Shown here piece by piece: positions 1 to 13,140 of a stretch of 64,000 nt of DNA (its first letter is position 1; each line of letters begins with the position of its first letter). The notes beneath the pieces were generated by a model. The model searched no databases. It saw only the letters and a list, made by a program, of their open reading frames with translations, and was not told the origin of the DNA. The stretch comes from Eledone cirrhosa (taxonomy: Eukaryota). A program made the translations under genes and the position numbers. The stretch spans positions 94,550,001-94,614,000 of the forward strand of contig OZ024744.1 in NCBI GenBank assembly GCA_964016885.1, read 5' to 3'.

Positions 1-2064
1 TTTAGTTGTCAACTGTTGACTACCTGGTGGTATATGGGCAAGATAGGAGGTACCTTTGTCATACAATGGTAATCCCAGGTGTGCAAGGTGTTACACAATA
101 CTATTTAGTTGTCAACTGTTGACTACCTGATGGTATATGGGCAAGATAGAAGGTACCTTTGTAATACAATGGTAATCCCAGGTGTGCAAGGTGTTACACA
201 ATACCATTTAGTTGTCAACTGTTGACTACCTGATGGTATATGGGCAAGATAGGAGGTACCTTTGTAATACAATGGTAATCCCAGGTGTGCAAGGTGTTAC
301 ACAATACCATTTAGTTGTCAACTGTGGACTACCTGATGGTATATGGGCAAGATAGGAGGTACCTTTGTAATACAATGGTAATCCCAGGTGTGCAAGGTGT
401 TACACAATACCATTTAGTTGTCAACTGTGGACTACCTGATGGTATATGGGCAAGATAGGAGGTACCTTTGGTAATCCCAGGGATGTGTGGACTACCTGAT
501 GGTATATGGGCAAGATAGGAGGTACCTTTGTAATACAATGGTAATCCCAGGTGTGCAAGGTGTTACACAATACCATTTAGTTGTCAACTGTTGACTACCT
601 GATGGTATATGGGCAAGATAGGAGGTACCTTTGTAATACAATGGTAATCCCAGGTGTGCAAGGTGTTACACAATACCATTTAGTTGTCAACTGTTGACTA
701 CCTGATGGTATATGGGCAAGATAGAAGGTACCTTTGTAATACAATGGTAATCCCAGGTGTGCAAGGTGTTACACAATACCATTTAGTTGTCAACTGTTGA
801 CTACCTGATGGTATATGGGCAAGATAGGAGGTACCTTTGTAATACAATGGTAATCCCAGGTGTGCAAGGTGTTACACAATACCATTTAGTTGTCAACTGT
901 GGACTACCTGATGGTATATGGGCAAGATAGGAGGTACCTTTGTAATACAATGGTAATCCCAGGTGTGCAAGGTGTTACACAATACCATTTAGTTGTCAAC
1001 TGTTGACTACCTGGTGGTATATGGGCAAGATAGGAGGTACCTTTGTCATACAATGGTAATCCCAGGTGTGCAAGGTGTTACACAATACCATTTAGTTGTC
1101 AACTGTTGACTACCTGATGGTATATGGGCAAGATAGGAGGTACCTTTGTAATACAATGGTAATCCCAGGTGTGCAAGGTGTTACACAATACTATTTAGTT
1201 GTCAACTGTTGACTACCTGATGGTATATGGGCAAGATAGGAGGTACCTTTGTAATACAATGGTAATCCCAGGTGTGCAAGGTGTTACACAATACCATTTA
1301 GTTGTCAACTGTGGACTACCTGATGGTATATGGGCAAGATAGGAGGTACCTTTGTAATACAATGGTAATCCCAGGTGTGCAAGGTGTTACACAATACCAT
1401 TTAGTTGTCAACTGTGGACTACCTGATGGTATATGAGCAAGATAGGAGGTACCTTTGTAATACAATGGTAATCCCAGGTGTGCAAGGTGTTACACAATAC
1501 TATTTAGTTGTCAACTGTTGACTACCTGATGGTATATGGGCAAGATAGGAGGTACCTTTGTAATACAATGGTAATCCCAGGTGTGCAAGGTGTTACACAA
1601 TACCATTTAGTTGTCAACTGTGGACTACCTGATGGTATATGGGCAAGATAGGAGGTACCTTTGTAATACAATGGTAATCCCAGGTGTGCAAGGTGTTACA
1701 CAATACCATTTAGTTGTCAACTGTGCACTACCTGATGGTATATGAGCAAGATAGGAGGTACCTTTGTAATACAATGGTAATCCCAGGTGTGCAAGGTGTT
1801 ACACAATACTATTTAGTTGTCAACTGTGGACTACCTGATGGTATATGGGCAAGATAGGAGGTACCTTTGTAATACAATGGTAATCCCAGGTGTGCAAGGT
1901 GTTACACAATACCATTTAGTTGTCAACTGTGGACTACCTGATGGTATATGGGCAAGATAGAAGGAACCTTTGTAATACAATGGTAATCCCAGGAGTGTGT
2001 TGACTACCTGATGGTATATGGGTAATAGGATGAACCTTTGTAATACAAAGGTAATCCCAGGACT
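1..2064. repeat. 103-bp tandem satellite, about 19-20 units, truncated by the window start
   Basis: Unit TTTAGTTGTCAACTGTTGACTACCTGATGG...GTTACACAATACCA recurs at 1, 104, 207 and onward with few substitutions and one internally deleted unit near 470-490. Confidence 0.97.
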
Positions 2065-2700
2065 TCAAGGTGTTACACAGCACCATTTAGTTGTTTGTGA
2101 CCTGTATCTAGAGTGAGATCTGTATGGAAGAAGTTCCAAGAACTGAGATGTATGCTTGTGAGGAGGGAAGTGTTGCTTAAATAGAAGGCAAAGGTATTTG
2201 GTGCATGTGAGAGAAGTGCCTTGATTATGGGAGCAATACATGGATAATGAACATGGAGCAACAGAGAAGTTTTGCAAGAACAGAAATGAGAATGGTTTGG
2301 TGGATGAGTGGAGTATTGCTGAGAGAAAAGAAGATAAGGATTTGCAGAGGGTGGTGTGAATAGGAGCCAGCGATGAATGTTGTGAAGAGAAATGGATTAT
2401 ATGGTTGAGGGAAGAAGGAAGGAAGTGACTGGATGAGAATGGGAGCCAATGATGATTGTTGTGAAGAAAAATGGAGTGAGATGGTTGGGTCATGTGTTGA
2501 GGAAGGATGAAAGTGATTGGGTGAGATAAAAGGAATGGAAATATATGTGGCAGGAAGTAGGATGACCAAGAAAGACATGGCTAAAAATGATGGCACAGGA
2601 AATGAAAGCCAGAGTGTGGGTGATGGTGGATGCAGATGATGGGGAAGAGTGGAGAGGCTTGTTATGAGGACTGCGAGGTTAAGCCTTGCTTTAACCTTTA
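2065..2700 (+). mobile_element. Degenerate RTE-clade LINE fragment adjoining the satellite
   Basis: Starts QGVTQHHLVVCDL (endonuclease end). Later GGAAGAAGTTCCAAGAACTG and decayed RLY..CVRSA..YGS/ETW-like segments resemble the C-terminus of the RTE at 27500-27900. Confidence 0.6.
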
Positions 2701-3019
2701 AATGCTTCTTGTGTTTAACTCATACATTCCATTTTTGGCATGGTTTCTACAGTTGGATGCCCTTATTAATGGCAACCACTTTACATGTACTTAGAGCTTT
2801 TTATTGTGGTGCAAGCACTACTACCTGTAAGAATGAACTGAGTGCTTTTTTTTTTTATTGTCACACCAACACTAACACTTTACAAAGATAATAACTAAGT
2901 GGTGGCCTTTCCTAACCAGATCCAACTCAGGGACCAAGCATAAAAGTTGACAGCAGTGTGATAGATAAAGCAAGTAGTGACATGAAGGTAGGGAAAGAAT
3001 CTGATTCATCTGTTATAGT

Positions 3020-3206
3020 TGATACTATTGCGTTTTTGTGGTAAAGGCTTTATCTTGTATAATTATCTCACTTAATATCAAATCTATGAGGTTTTGATGT
3101 TATTTATTTTGAAAACAATATCTGTACGAGCGGCCACTTACGGCCAGTTTGAATAGAAAGAGGTGAGAGAATTCTCACAGGATACGGCTGGTTTAAATGC
3201 TTAAAA
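3020..3206. mobile_element. Partial copy of ~200-bp TTAA-flanked MITE-like family
   Basis: Shares GGTAAAGGCTTTATCTTGCATAATTATCTC...GAAAGAGGTGAGAGAATTCT...GGTTTAAATGC with copies at 7333, 11205 and 19605. Confidence 0.65.
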
Positions 3207-3254
3207 CCTTTGGCATGGCAGATTATAAGCTAGTCAGACACAAAATCAACTAGT

Positions 3255-5000
3255 GGAGGATGGAACCAGTGACTGGCAGAGCAATATCATTGTAAATTGC
3301 TTCAAGGGCAATGAGTGCAGGGACAGGTAACTACAAAGGTATCAAGTTAATGGATCAGCTCATGAAAGTTGCTGAAAGGGTTATAGCACAACTAATTAGG
3401 GACAGAATCAAGTTAAATGAGATGCAGTTTGGTTTTAAGATGGTACTACTGATGCCCTCTTCTCGGTGAGACAACTGCAGGAGAAGTACTTAGCCAAGAG
3501 TAAGTCCCTGTATTTGGCATTTGTTAATCTAGAGAAGGCCTCGGATGGCTTGTGAGGTTGTCCAAGCCATGTATAAAGGTGCAACTAGCAAGATGAGAAT
3601 TGTAAATGGGTACAATGATGAATTTGAAATGTAGATGTGGGTCTACCAGGACTTGTCCTTAGTCTACTTCTGTTTACCATTGTTCTTCAGTCCATAATAG
3701 AAGAGTTTACGATTGGCTGTCCATGAGAACTCTAATGTGCTAATGATCTAGTCCTTAATAGCTGAATTTGTGGAAGAGTTAGAGATGAAATTCTAACATG
3801 GAAGCAAAACATAGAATTGAAGCACCTAAAAGTAAACTTTGCAAATACAGGTCTTAATAAGTAGGATAGATGATGGGACCCTGAAACTATCAAGGAAGGA
3901 AGTAACCTTGCTTAATATGCAGACAAAGACTGGACAAAAATGTCATAAGGTGTACACAGCATAATCTATAGACACCAAGAGATGTCATGGGATTACAGGC
4001 AGGTAATGAAGGAGGTGAGGTAAACTTTGTATGTGGCGGAAGCACAGGAAATGTAAGCACTTAGAACACCTGTGAAATAGATTGCATGAATTGCCAGGGA
4101 GACTCCTTAGAAGTTGACAGCTTTTGTTACCTAATATCAGAGAGTGTAAGCATCAGGCTTACACTCATGAGGTTGTGAGTTTGATTCTTGGACCAGGCTT
4201 TGTGTTGTGTTTTTGAGCAAGACACTTTATTTCGTGTTGCTCCAGTCTACTCTGCTGTAGAAATGAGTTGCGACATCACTGGTGCCAAGCTGTATCGGCC
4301 ATTGCCTTTCTCTTGGACAACATCAGTGGTGTGGAGAGGGGAGACTGGTATGTATGAGTGACTGCTGGTCTTCCACAAACAGCCTTGCTTGGACTTGTGC
4401 CTCAGAGGGGAACTTTCTCGGTGCAAATCACATGATCATTCGTAATTGAAGGGGGTCTTTACCCTTTAATAGCTAGATTTAGAGCAGGTTGGAAGACGTT
4501 TAGAGAACTAATACCTCTGTTGACAACGAAAAGCTTCTCTCTCAGAGTAAAGGGTAAACTTGATGCATGCATGTAAACTGCAATGCTACATGGCAGTAAG
4601 ATATGGGTCTTGACAACAGAAGACCTGTGAAGAAAGAAATGATGCATGGATTTTGCAATGAATGTGTAATGTTAGTGTGTATGAATGATGCAGCATAAGT
4701 TGAACTGAGAGAAAAAACTCTGTATAAGAGGAATTGGATGTAGAATGCAAGAGAGAAGTCTACATTGGTATGGACATGTGATGACAGTTGTATAAAGAAA
4801 AGCAGAGAAACATCGGTGAATGGGAGTCAATGAAGAGGCAGACATAGGAAGATATGGAGTGGGGTAGTAAAGACTGCCCTTAGGAAGACATGGGGTGGGG
4901 TAGTGAAGACTGACCACCATAGGAAGCTAAATCTCATGGTAGAAATGACAAAGGACCATCATGGCTGGCAACATGCAATACTGGAAAAGATGCCCCTTCC
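3255..5000 (+). mobile_element. Degenerate RTE LINE (RT and C-terminal region) interrupted by a SINE at ~4135-4468
   Basis: Recognisable NYKGIKLMDQLMKVAERVIAQLIRDRIKLNEMQFG, TTDALFSVRQLQEKYLAKSKSLYLAFVNLEKA and RLHWYGHVM segments with many stops and indels. Confidence 0.85.
4135..4468 (+). mobile_element. tRNA-derived SINE, family B (CORE/V-like central domain)
   Basis: B-box-like GAGTTTGATTC followed by GTGTTTTTGAGCAAGACACTTTATTTC; the body matches 11810-12104. Confidence 0.75.
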
Positions 5001-6757
5001 ATTTCTGATGCTATGGTAACCAGTAACTATTATATTTATGTAGATGTGACATGACCTACCACTTTACCATCATTCCTCAGTAACTATTCTCTTCATCATT
5101 ATACTCCCTCTCCCTCCACTCTATCAACAAACATTTTGTAGCTCTTTAGAAATTACTCTCATCCTCACTATACCTGGGATGATACCCACTCTCTTATCCT
5201 GTTAAATCCCACCACACTTGTCAGCTCTTTAGTAGTTATTCTTTTCATCATTCTACCCCCTACATAATCCCTCCTACTTCTTGTCTCCTTAACTGTACAC
5301 CACTCTATTTGAGATCACTCCTTAGAAGCTATTCCCATCATCACCAATACTCTTCATTCTAGCTCTCTCTCACCTCTTTTTTTTGTCAAATCCCACTACA
5401 CATTGTAATTATCTTCCTTATCACACCCAACTATTGTCATACATTCACGACTTCATACCATTGCCCTCACTCCCTAAATATGGATGCTTTCGGACAAAGC
5501 ATCTCTTCCATAGGGTAGAGAGGGTTTTCAGTCAAGTCAGGGACCAAGAACCTCCCTAGTGCTGGTGCCATAAAACAAATCCGTCTCCTCAAGGCCACCA
5601 CTTACAGATTCCACCACCCAACACTTGGTGTTCTTGCTCTCTCTATATCTTTTTCTCCACCTACTTTTCTGTCAGTAACAAATATATAACCACCATTGCT
5701 CTTTTTAAAGTACCTTATTCGTCATGTTCCCATCTGACCTCTCACATTACTGTCTCTCTTCATCATGCTAAGATCACAATGACATCTCTAAAGTTGGTGT
5801 CATCATGAAATGCACCTAGTACACTTTGGAAAGTGGTACCGCTGGTGTTGCGATAAAATGCACCCTGTACTCTCTGTAAAGTGGTAGTAGTTATGGTGTC
5901 AATAAAATGCACCCAGTATTCTCTGTAAAGTGGTTGGCATTAAGAAGGGCATCTATTGAAATCATTCCAAAAATGGAACATATGAACAAGATGTATCCCT
6001 CCCTGCTTAGTCCAGTCTAAGGCATTTTGTCCATTTTCCCTGCTAACAAGTGTTGGATGGGTCATTGCAGACTAAGTCGGTGCTAAAGTGGGGCTACTGA
6101 CCTCCCAGACAGGTCAGGGATTCGCATTTCACTTACTTACAGTTTCAGGTTCTACCAAGTGCATTTTATCACGGCGCTAGCTCTAGAGATTTTGTCATGT
6201 CTTTGACACAACTCAAGAGTCCTCTCAATCCTTTGTTTGACAAGCTTTCTATGGCTGGATGCCCTTCCTGTCACCAATTATGTTATAGCATGTATTGGGT
6301 GTGTTTATTGTGTAGATCACCAACATTAGAGAGGTTGACATGCCCTTGAATCAACAGACTGGTCCTCTCAACCCTTTTTCAATCATGATTTCTACAGAGG
6401 GGTGTTCTTCCTTTCACCAATCACCTTACAGGGTGTACTGGGTGCAATTTCATGGCACTGTCACTTGTGAGGTTGTTGGTCATAGACCCAACAGAAGAGC
6501 CCTCTATGAGAGGTATAATATATAATTCTACAGTTTGTGTATACATATAGTTTTTTTTTCCTTTTTTTTTTCAAAATTCTGTTGTTTCAGCCTTTTCTCT
6601 CTCTCTCCAAACTTGGTATTTGCTGAAGAAGGACTTGTGTCTGATATGTTGAAAACCTCATTTACTGCTTCCCAAATGTGAGCCTAATAAGACTTTGTGT
6701 TTTTGTATCTTTGGGGTTTGACTTGTTTATTCTTCAACTAATGTGTGTATATATATT

Positions 6758-6977
6758 TATGTAAAAAGTAAACAGAAATAACAACACAACTGGTACAGTA
6801 TATGGAAGGAATACATTAGGTTAACGCTTGATATAGCAGGAAGAGGGTCTTAACGTTTCGGACTCTAGTCCTTCATTAGAAGAAAGAATGAGAAATAAGA
6901 TAAATTGAAGAGACGGGTGGGATGGAATTGGAAAAAATGTCTTTAGATAAAAATAACAGGTCCATTCATGTTGACAT
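6758..6977 (-). mobile_element. Short non-coding Penelope-pLTR-like element with decayed hammerhead motif (6848-6883)
   Basis: Reverse complement of the element at 57018-57240 and 63735-63990. The core reads CTAATGA-A-GGAC-TAGA-GTCC-GAA-ACGT-T-AAGA on the minus strand. Confidence 0.7.
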
Positions 6978-7332
6978 CTCTTGGAATATATATGTGTGTG
7001 TGTGTAGGAATCTGTTAGATGAAAGATCAAGGAAAACAGTGCTCAATCTGTTGCAAGAAAGCTTATTTAGTATAAACAAAGTTTCACTTAACACGCACAG
7101 ACGTATATACGGTTTGTACATGAGCTATGACCCATTTGCTCTTGAGTTGTCAGTTCAAATTCTCTGCTGCTGTTTTGTTAAATACTTTAACCTACATTGT
7201 CTTGGTTAACCTACTTGCTGAAAATATGTACAATTTCAATACCATTTGGTTTTAGGTCAGTTTCTACATTAACACTTTTGATACCAAATATCCTGAAACT
7301 GCCCTTAGTTCTGTTATAGCTAGCTGTTCATT

Positions 7333-7550
7333 TTAACCTTTTAGCATTAACATACTCTGTATTTACTATTATATTTTTGGGGTAAAGGCTTTATCTTGCA
7401 TAATTATCTTGGTTAATATCGAATCTAAGAGATTTTGATATTATTTATTTTGAGAACAATACCTTAACATCAATTTGAGCAGCCAGTTCCAACTAGTTTA
7501 AACAGAAAGAGGTGAAAGAATTCTGGCTGGATATGGCTGGATTAAAGTGT
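7333..7550. mobile_element. TTAA-flanked MITE-like element (piggyBac-type ends)
   Basis: Begins TTAACCTTTTAGCATT; body shared with 19605-19811. Confidence 0.6.
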
Positions 7551-8059
7551 TTACAGTTTATATTTATCTAAAAACCTTCCATCATAATTTTATATAAGAA
7601 CCTTTGTTATGTTCCAAATACCAGCTTAATAATAGAGAAAGTTAGTTATATATAACTAAATCCTTTCAAATTCTTTGAAAACCATAGGTAGTGTTTTTCA
7701 TTAGATATGTTGTAAGGAAAGGGCTAAAGTGTTTATATTTATATAGAAATCTTTCATCATAATTTTCTGAAAGAACCTTTTTTAAGATATGTTTCACATA
7801 CCAGCTTAATAATGAGAAAGCTGGTTTTATTACTAAATCTTTCCCATTCTTGATTATTTCCAAAATCTTCCCCATTCTTGATTATTTCCAAAATTATTTG
7901 AAAATCATAGAGTAATGAAAGAGTTAAATTTGTTACGTTCGAATCATCACATTACAAAGTACACTGCTAATTTTCCTCCAGAGATTTAAAGTCTACTGAC
8001 AATTCCACATCTCATATACCCATGTTTTATATTGTGTACATCATGCAATGATGATGATA

Positions 8060-9230
8060 TAGAGTTCCCACCTATTCCTTATCTACATATCAGAGTCCTG
8101 TCTTCTTTCCTACTTATTAAACTTTTGGTCTTTGCTAGGTTTACTTACTTTGAGACCTTTTGATTCTAATTTCTATTTCCACAGTAGGAATTTCTTCTGT
8201 ATTTTTTCCACTAATTCAGCTCTAAGAACCAGGTCATCAACATACATAAGATCCCATGAACAACCAGTTTTAAACTCCTCTTTTATGGCCTGGAAAAATA
8301 TAATAAACAAGAGTGGGTTGAGGATTGAGCCATGCTGAACATATACCTGCTCATTGAATATCTTACTAAACTTATTACCTATTTTCACTTTGCTTATAGC
8401 TCTTCTGTTCATGGCTTCCATTGCTTCTACACCCAGTTTCCTTATCGACCACCAGATAACAGATTGTAGTACTCAGTCAAAGGCTTTCTCTAGATGGATG
8501 AATATTAGATATAATTGTTTCTATTTTAGGCACAAGGCCAGCAATTTCCCAGTACATTACTGGTACTTTATTTTATCGACCCCGTAAGGATGAAAGGCAA
8601 AGTTAACCTCGGCGGGATTTGAGGTTAACTTTGCCTTTCATCCTTACGGGGTCGATAAAATAAAGTACCAGTAATGTACTGGGTAATTGCTGGCCTTGTG
8701 CCTAAAATAGAAACAATTATATCTAATTTTCATCCATCTAGAGAAAGCCTTTGACTGAGTACTACAAAAATTAGATATAATGACTTACATTTAGCTACAA
8801 ACTTCTGAGGTAGTTGCCTCACTAACATCTATGGTGTTCCTTCCTGGCACAAAACCAAACTGCTAAAATACTTTATTTTCATCACTTGATCCTTCAGTTT
8901 TATGCCCCTGCTGTTGTTTCTTTCTGAGGTTATCACCTTTTCTCTTGTAACTGTTAATGATTATACTACTGTGCCAGTCATTAGGTATGACACCATCATG
9001 TATTTCTTGATTATTAGTGTGACTAGCTTGAGTCCTATTTCACTAGATGATTTCAACATCTCAGCAACTATCTCTGAAGGTCCAGCTGCTTTACCATTTC
9101 TCATCTCCTTGATCTGCTTCTTTGATCTTGTAACTGTCAACTGTTAAGTCAGCTGTGGTTAGTCCCTCTTCCTTCCACTCATTCTCACCCACCTCACATA
9201 ATGTTTTCAAGCTTCATTCTTCTGAACATT
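8060..9230 (-). mobile_element. Degenerate RTE LINE RT fragment with a fold-back SINE insertion at ~8512-8770
   Basis: ORF 8173-8421 (QHGSILNPLLFIIFFQAIKEEFKTGCSWDLMYVDDL) matches the RTE RT at 26407-27204. Confidence 0.85.
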
Positions 9231-9436
9231 ATATATATATATATAATTGTTTCTACTTTTGGCACAAGGCCAGCAATTACTCAGTCATTACTGGTACTTT
9301 ATTTTATCGACCCCGTAAGGATGAAAGGCAAATATATATAATGTTCAGAAGAATGAAGCTTGAAAACATTATGAGAGGTTGGTGAGAATGAGTGCTGGCC
9401 TTGTGCCAAAAAGTAGAAACAATTATATATATATAT

Positions 9437-10550
9437 CATCATCATTATCATCAACGTTTAACGTCCGTGTTCCACGCTTGCATGGTTTTGGACGGGGGTT
9501 TTCCCACTTGAGGCAAGAGTGATTATCTTGCTCGCATAGGACTATCTGGCGGGTTTTCTACAGCTGGATGCCCTTCCTAACACCAACCACATTTACAGTG
9601 TGGGGCTGGGAGGTTTTTACCGTGTTGCCTACACGGCCACATTACAGCGTGGACTGTCTGGCGGGTTTTCTACAGCTGGATGCCCTTCCTAACACCAACC
9701 ACATTTACAGTGTGGGACTGGGAGGTTTTTACCGTGTTGCCTACACGGCCACATTACAGCGTGGACTGTCTGGCGGGTTTTCTACAGCTGGATGCCCTTC
9801 CTAACACCAACCACATTTACAGTGTGGGACTGGGAGGTTTTTACCGTGTTGCCTACACGGCCACATTACAGCGTGGACTGTCTGGCGGGTTTTCTACAGC
9901 TGGATGCCCTTCCTAACACCAACCACATTTACAGTGTGGGGCTGGGAGGTTTTTACCGTGTTGCCTACATGGCCACATTACAGCGTGAACTGTTGTTTTT
10001 TTGTCGTGACACCTACACGACCTCATTTGTTTCGGCCTGGATGTTGTGGCACCAACATAACTTTACATTGAAAGGGGCGGTGTGGATGGGGTGGGGGTGG
10101 TGGGACGGGGGTATATTTTGTTAGAGATGCCTACTGACTGTAGTAGGTTTTACTTTGTATTTAGGTAAGGCGGGTCTTCTCTATTACTGAGTACCGCCAA
10201 AGGTCTCGGTCCAGTGACATTGTCTTGGAGAGGTGTAAGTGTGTGAGGTCGGAATTTATCAGCTCGTCCCAGGTTTTTCTGTGTCTGCCTATTCCGTGGC
10301 TACCGTCTATCTTTATTGCCCTGCACTTTGTTATACAGCTATCGTCTTTCATGTGCATCACGTGACCATACCAACGTAGCCTTCTCTCGAGTAAACAACA
10401 TCTGATCCCTCTTATTTCTAATTTTTTCCTTAGTTTGTTTATGCTTTGCCGTTCACGTATATTACTATTACACATCCAGTGGAGCATGCAAGCTTCGTTC
10501 CTCTCTAGTCTGCGTATATCCTCTGCACACAATGCCCAGGTCTCACTGCC
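9437..10550 (-). mobile_element. 3' end of an RTE LINE (subfamily 2) with (TGA)n tail; 3'UTR carries ~4 tandem 112-bp units (9546-9990)
   Basis: ORF 10161-10532 RRLERNEACMLHWMC...RRLRWYGHVM; (CAT)n at 9437; identical ORFs start at 9568, 9680 and 9792 (period 112). Confidence 0.9.
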
Positions 10551-11204
10551 ATATATATATCATCATCATCATCATCATTTAACATCTATTTTCCATGCTT
10601 GCATGGGTTAGACAGGTTATCAAGTAATGAGACAAGCCAGGTCAGGTGACCTGTCTTGTTCATACAGATCTGTTTTTAGTTTGGTTTCTACAGTTGGATG
10701 TCCTTCCTATTGCAGACCACATTACAATGTGGACTGGGGCCGAAATACATGCTTGATGTGGGTTTCTTCTCTGAAGACTAGACCATCTGATGTCTCCTGA
10801 GAGTTTCTTACTGTGGCACCAGTACGACCACCTAAAAGGGTAGATTGAGTGTTTTGTCTTGGCACCAACGTTACCACCTTATGGGGGTGGACTGGGTGTT
10901 TTTTCAACATGGTACTAGCATGACTGCCTTTCAGGGTGGACTGGGTGATTTTGTTGTTGTGGTACCAGTGCTATCACTGTAACAGGTGTACAGGGTGCTC
11001 ATTGTCTAGATTGCAGCACTGGTGGGGGTGAGATAGCAGGTGTGGAGTGTGTCCAACTTTCCATATATGTGTGCATGGGTTGGACAGGAGAGGTGTACCA
11101 GGGGTGTGGTGGAGTACATCCTCATCAATTAGACATCTATTTCCCACACACTCCATCCTCTGAGACTAGGCCAAACAAGAGACCATTCCCAGATTTGTTA
11201 ACAT

Positions 11205-11413
11205 GTTAACATTTACATTATTCTATATTTACTATTGTTTCACAGTAAAAGCTTTATCTCGCATAATTATCTCACATAATATCGAATCTATGAGATTTTG
11301 ATGTTATTTATTTTAAGAACAATACCTTAACATCAGTATGAGTGGCCAGTTAAGGCTGGTTTGAACAGAAATAGGTGACAGAATTCTGGCTGGTTTAAAT
11401 GCTAAAGGGTTAA
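11205..11413. mobile_element. TTAA-flanked MITE-like element
   Basis: Ends GTTTAAATGCTAAAGGGTTAA; same family as 19605-19811. Confidence 0.65.
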
Positions 11414-11613
11414 AGCCATGTGATGAAACTCAAATATAACTCATTCCATCCGTAAAATGGCAGGTTATATACTAGTAATAATAATTGTTTCTGCATTTGG
11501 CACAAGGAAAGGAAGGGCAAGTTGATTAAATTAACCCCAGTGTATTACTGGTACTTTGTTATTGACCCCCAAAAGAATGTAAAGCAAAGCTAACCTTGGC
11601 AGGATTTGAGTCA

Positions 11614-12104
11614 ATAATTGTTTCTACTTTTTGCACAAGGCCAGCAATTATCCTAGTATATTACTGGTACTTTATTTTATTGACCCTGTAAGGATGAATG
11701 GCAAAGCAAACCTCAGAGGGATTTGGACTCAGAACATAAAAGACCATAACTCTATGCTGCAAAGCATGGTGTCTGACACTGTCGATACTGCCAATCCAAT
11801 TAGTGGGCTTGAAATCATGAAGTGAGTTCGATTCCCGGACCGGGTGATGCGTTGTGTTCTTGAGCAAGACACTTTATGTAACGTTGCCCCAGTTTACTAA
11901 GCTGTGACGTCACAGATGCCAAGCTGTATCAGCCATTGCCTTTCCCCTAGACAAGATCGGTGGCGTGGAAAGATGCGGCTGGTACACATGGACGACTGCT
12001 GGTCTTCCACAAACACCTTGCCCTGACTTGTGCCTCGGAGGGGAACTATCTAGGTACAAATTCCATGGCCCTTCATAACTGAAGGGGTCTCCACCCTTTT
12101 TTTC
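11614..12104. mobile_element. Composite of family-A SINE (minus) and family-B SINE (plus)
   Basis: Near-identical reverse-complement copy at 37947-38437; the ORF track gives the same 68-aa translation on opposite strands. Confidence 0.85.
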
Positions 12105-12294
12105 TAGTATATACCATGAACAAAGAAAAGCAAAGTCAAAACAAACCTCTTGCGGTGATTTGAACTTAGTAACGTAAAAACAACAAAAAGACAACTAAAA
12201 ACACTACAACACCATGATTTTGTCATTTAGATTAGTATTAAATGGGCACATATTTGTTTGGTCGTCTGTGAAGAGGGGAGCTGATTATTATTTT

Positions 12295-12470
12295 ATCGGT
12301 GGAGAGTCGACCACCATGCTTTGCAGCATCGAGTTACGGCCCTTTACGGTCTGATTTCAAATCCTGCCGAGTTTACATTTGCCTTTCATCCTTACAGGGT
12401 CGATAAAATAAAGTACCAGTAATGTACTGAGTTAATTGCTGGACTTGTGCCAAAAGTAGAAACAAATTAT
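12295..12470 (+). mobile_element. tRNA-derived SINE, family A (Meta-domain-like)
   Basis: B-box-like GATTTCAAATCC then TTTGCCTTTCATCCTTACAGGGTCGATAAAATAAAGTACCAG, which resembles the MetaSINE central domain; tail GTAGAAACAA(TTA)n. Confidence 0.75.
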
Positions 12471-13085
12471 TTTATCGACTCATTTACTTGGCTAGTATTT
12501 ATTTCAGTGACCCCAGGAAGGACGAAAACAAAGTCGATAATATAAAACGAATAATAGTACTGATAATAATAATAATGATTTCTGATTTAGGCACAAGGCC
12601 AGCAATTTGATGGCATGGGCAAAGTCGATTAAATCGACCTCAGTGCGTGACTGGTACTTTATTTTATCGACCCCCCTTTTAAGGATGAAAGGCAAAGCTA
12701 GCCTCGGCGGATTTGAACGTAGAGAGCCTTAAATAATACTGCAAAGCATTTTGTCCGCCTTTAATGATAATAATAATGATGATGATAATTTCTTTATAAT
12801 CATAATTAAGTTGAGGATCAACGACAACAATTATTGTAAAGATATATTGATGATGACGACAAAGAATTAACATTTGAGAAATTAAATCTTCCATGAATAA
12901 TGGAAATTATATCGGTCAGCTGAAAAGTTCATAGCCTGACCAAGATACTCTCATGGAATAATCCCTGTAAAGTGTAAAGAAAGAATACAGTTGTTAACAA
13001 GACGAGTTGAAATTATTGCATGCAAGATTTCACAGGTCTAAATCACTCCTTTATAGTCAGTCTATGAACATTTCAGCTCAGCCCC

Positions 13086-13136
<51 letters not shown>

Positions 13137-13140
<4 letters not shown>

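Noticed and set aside
1-2064. CRISPR-like regular repeat array
   Set aside because: Units are contiguous and near-identical with no unique spacers; eukaryotic context and no cas genes.
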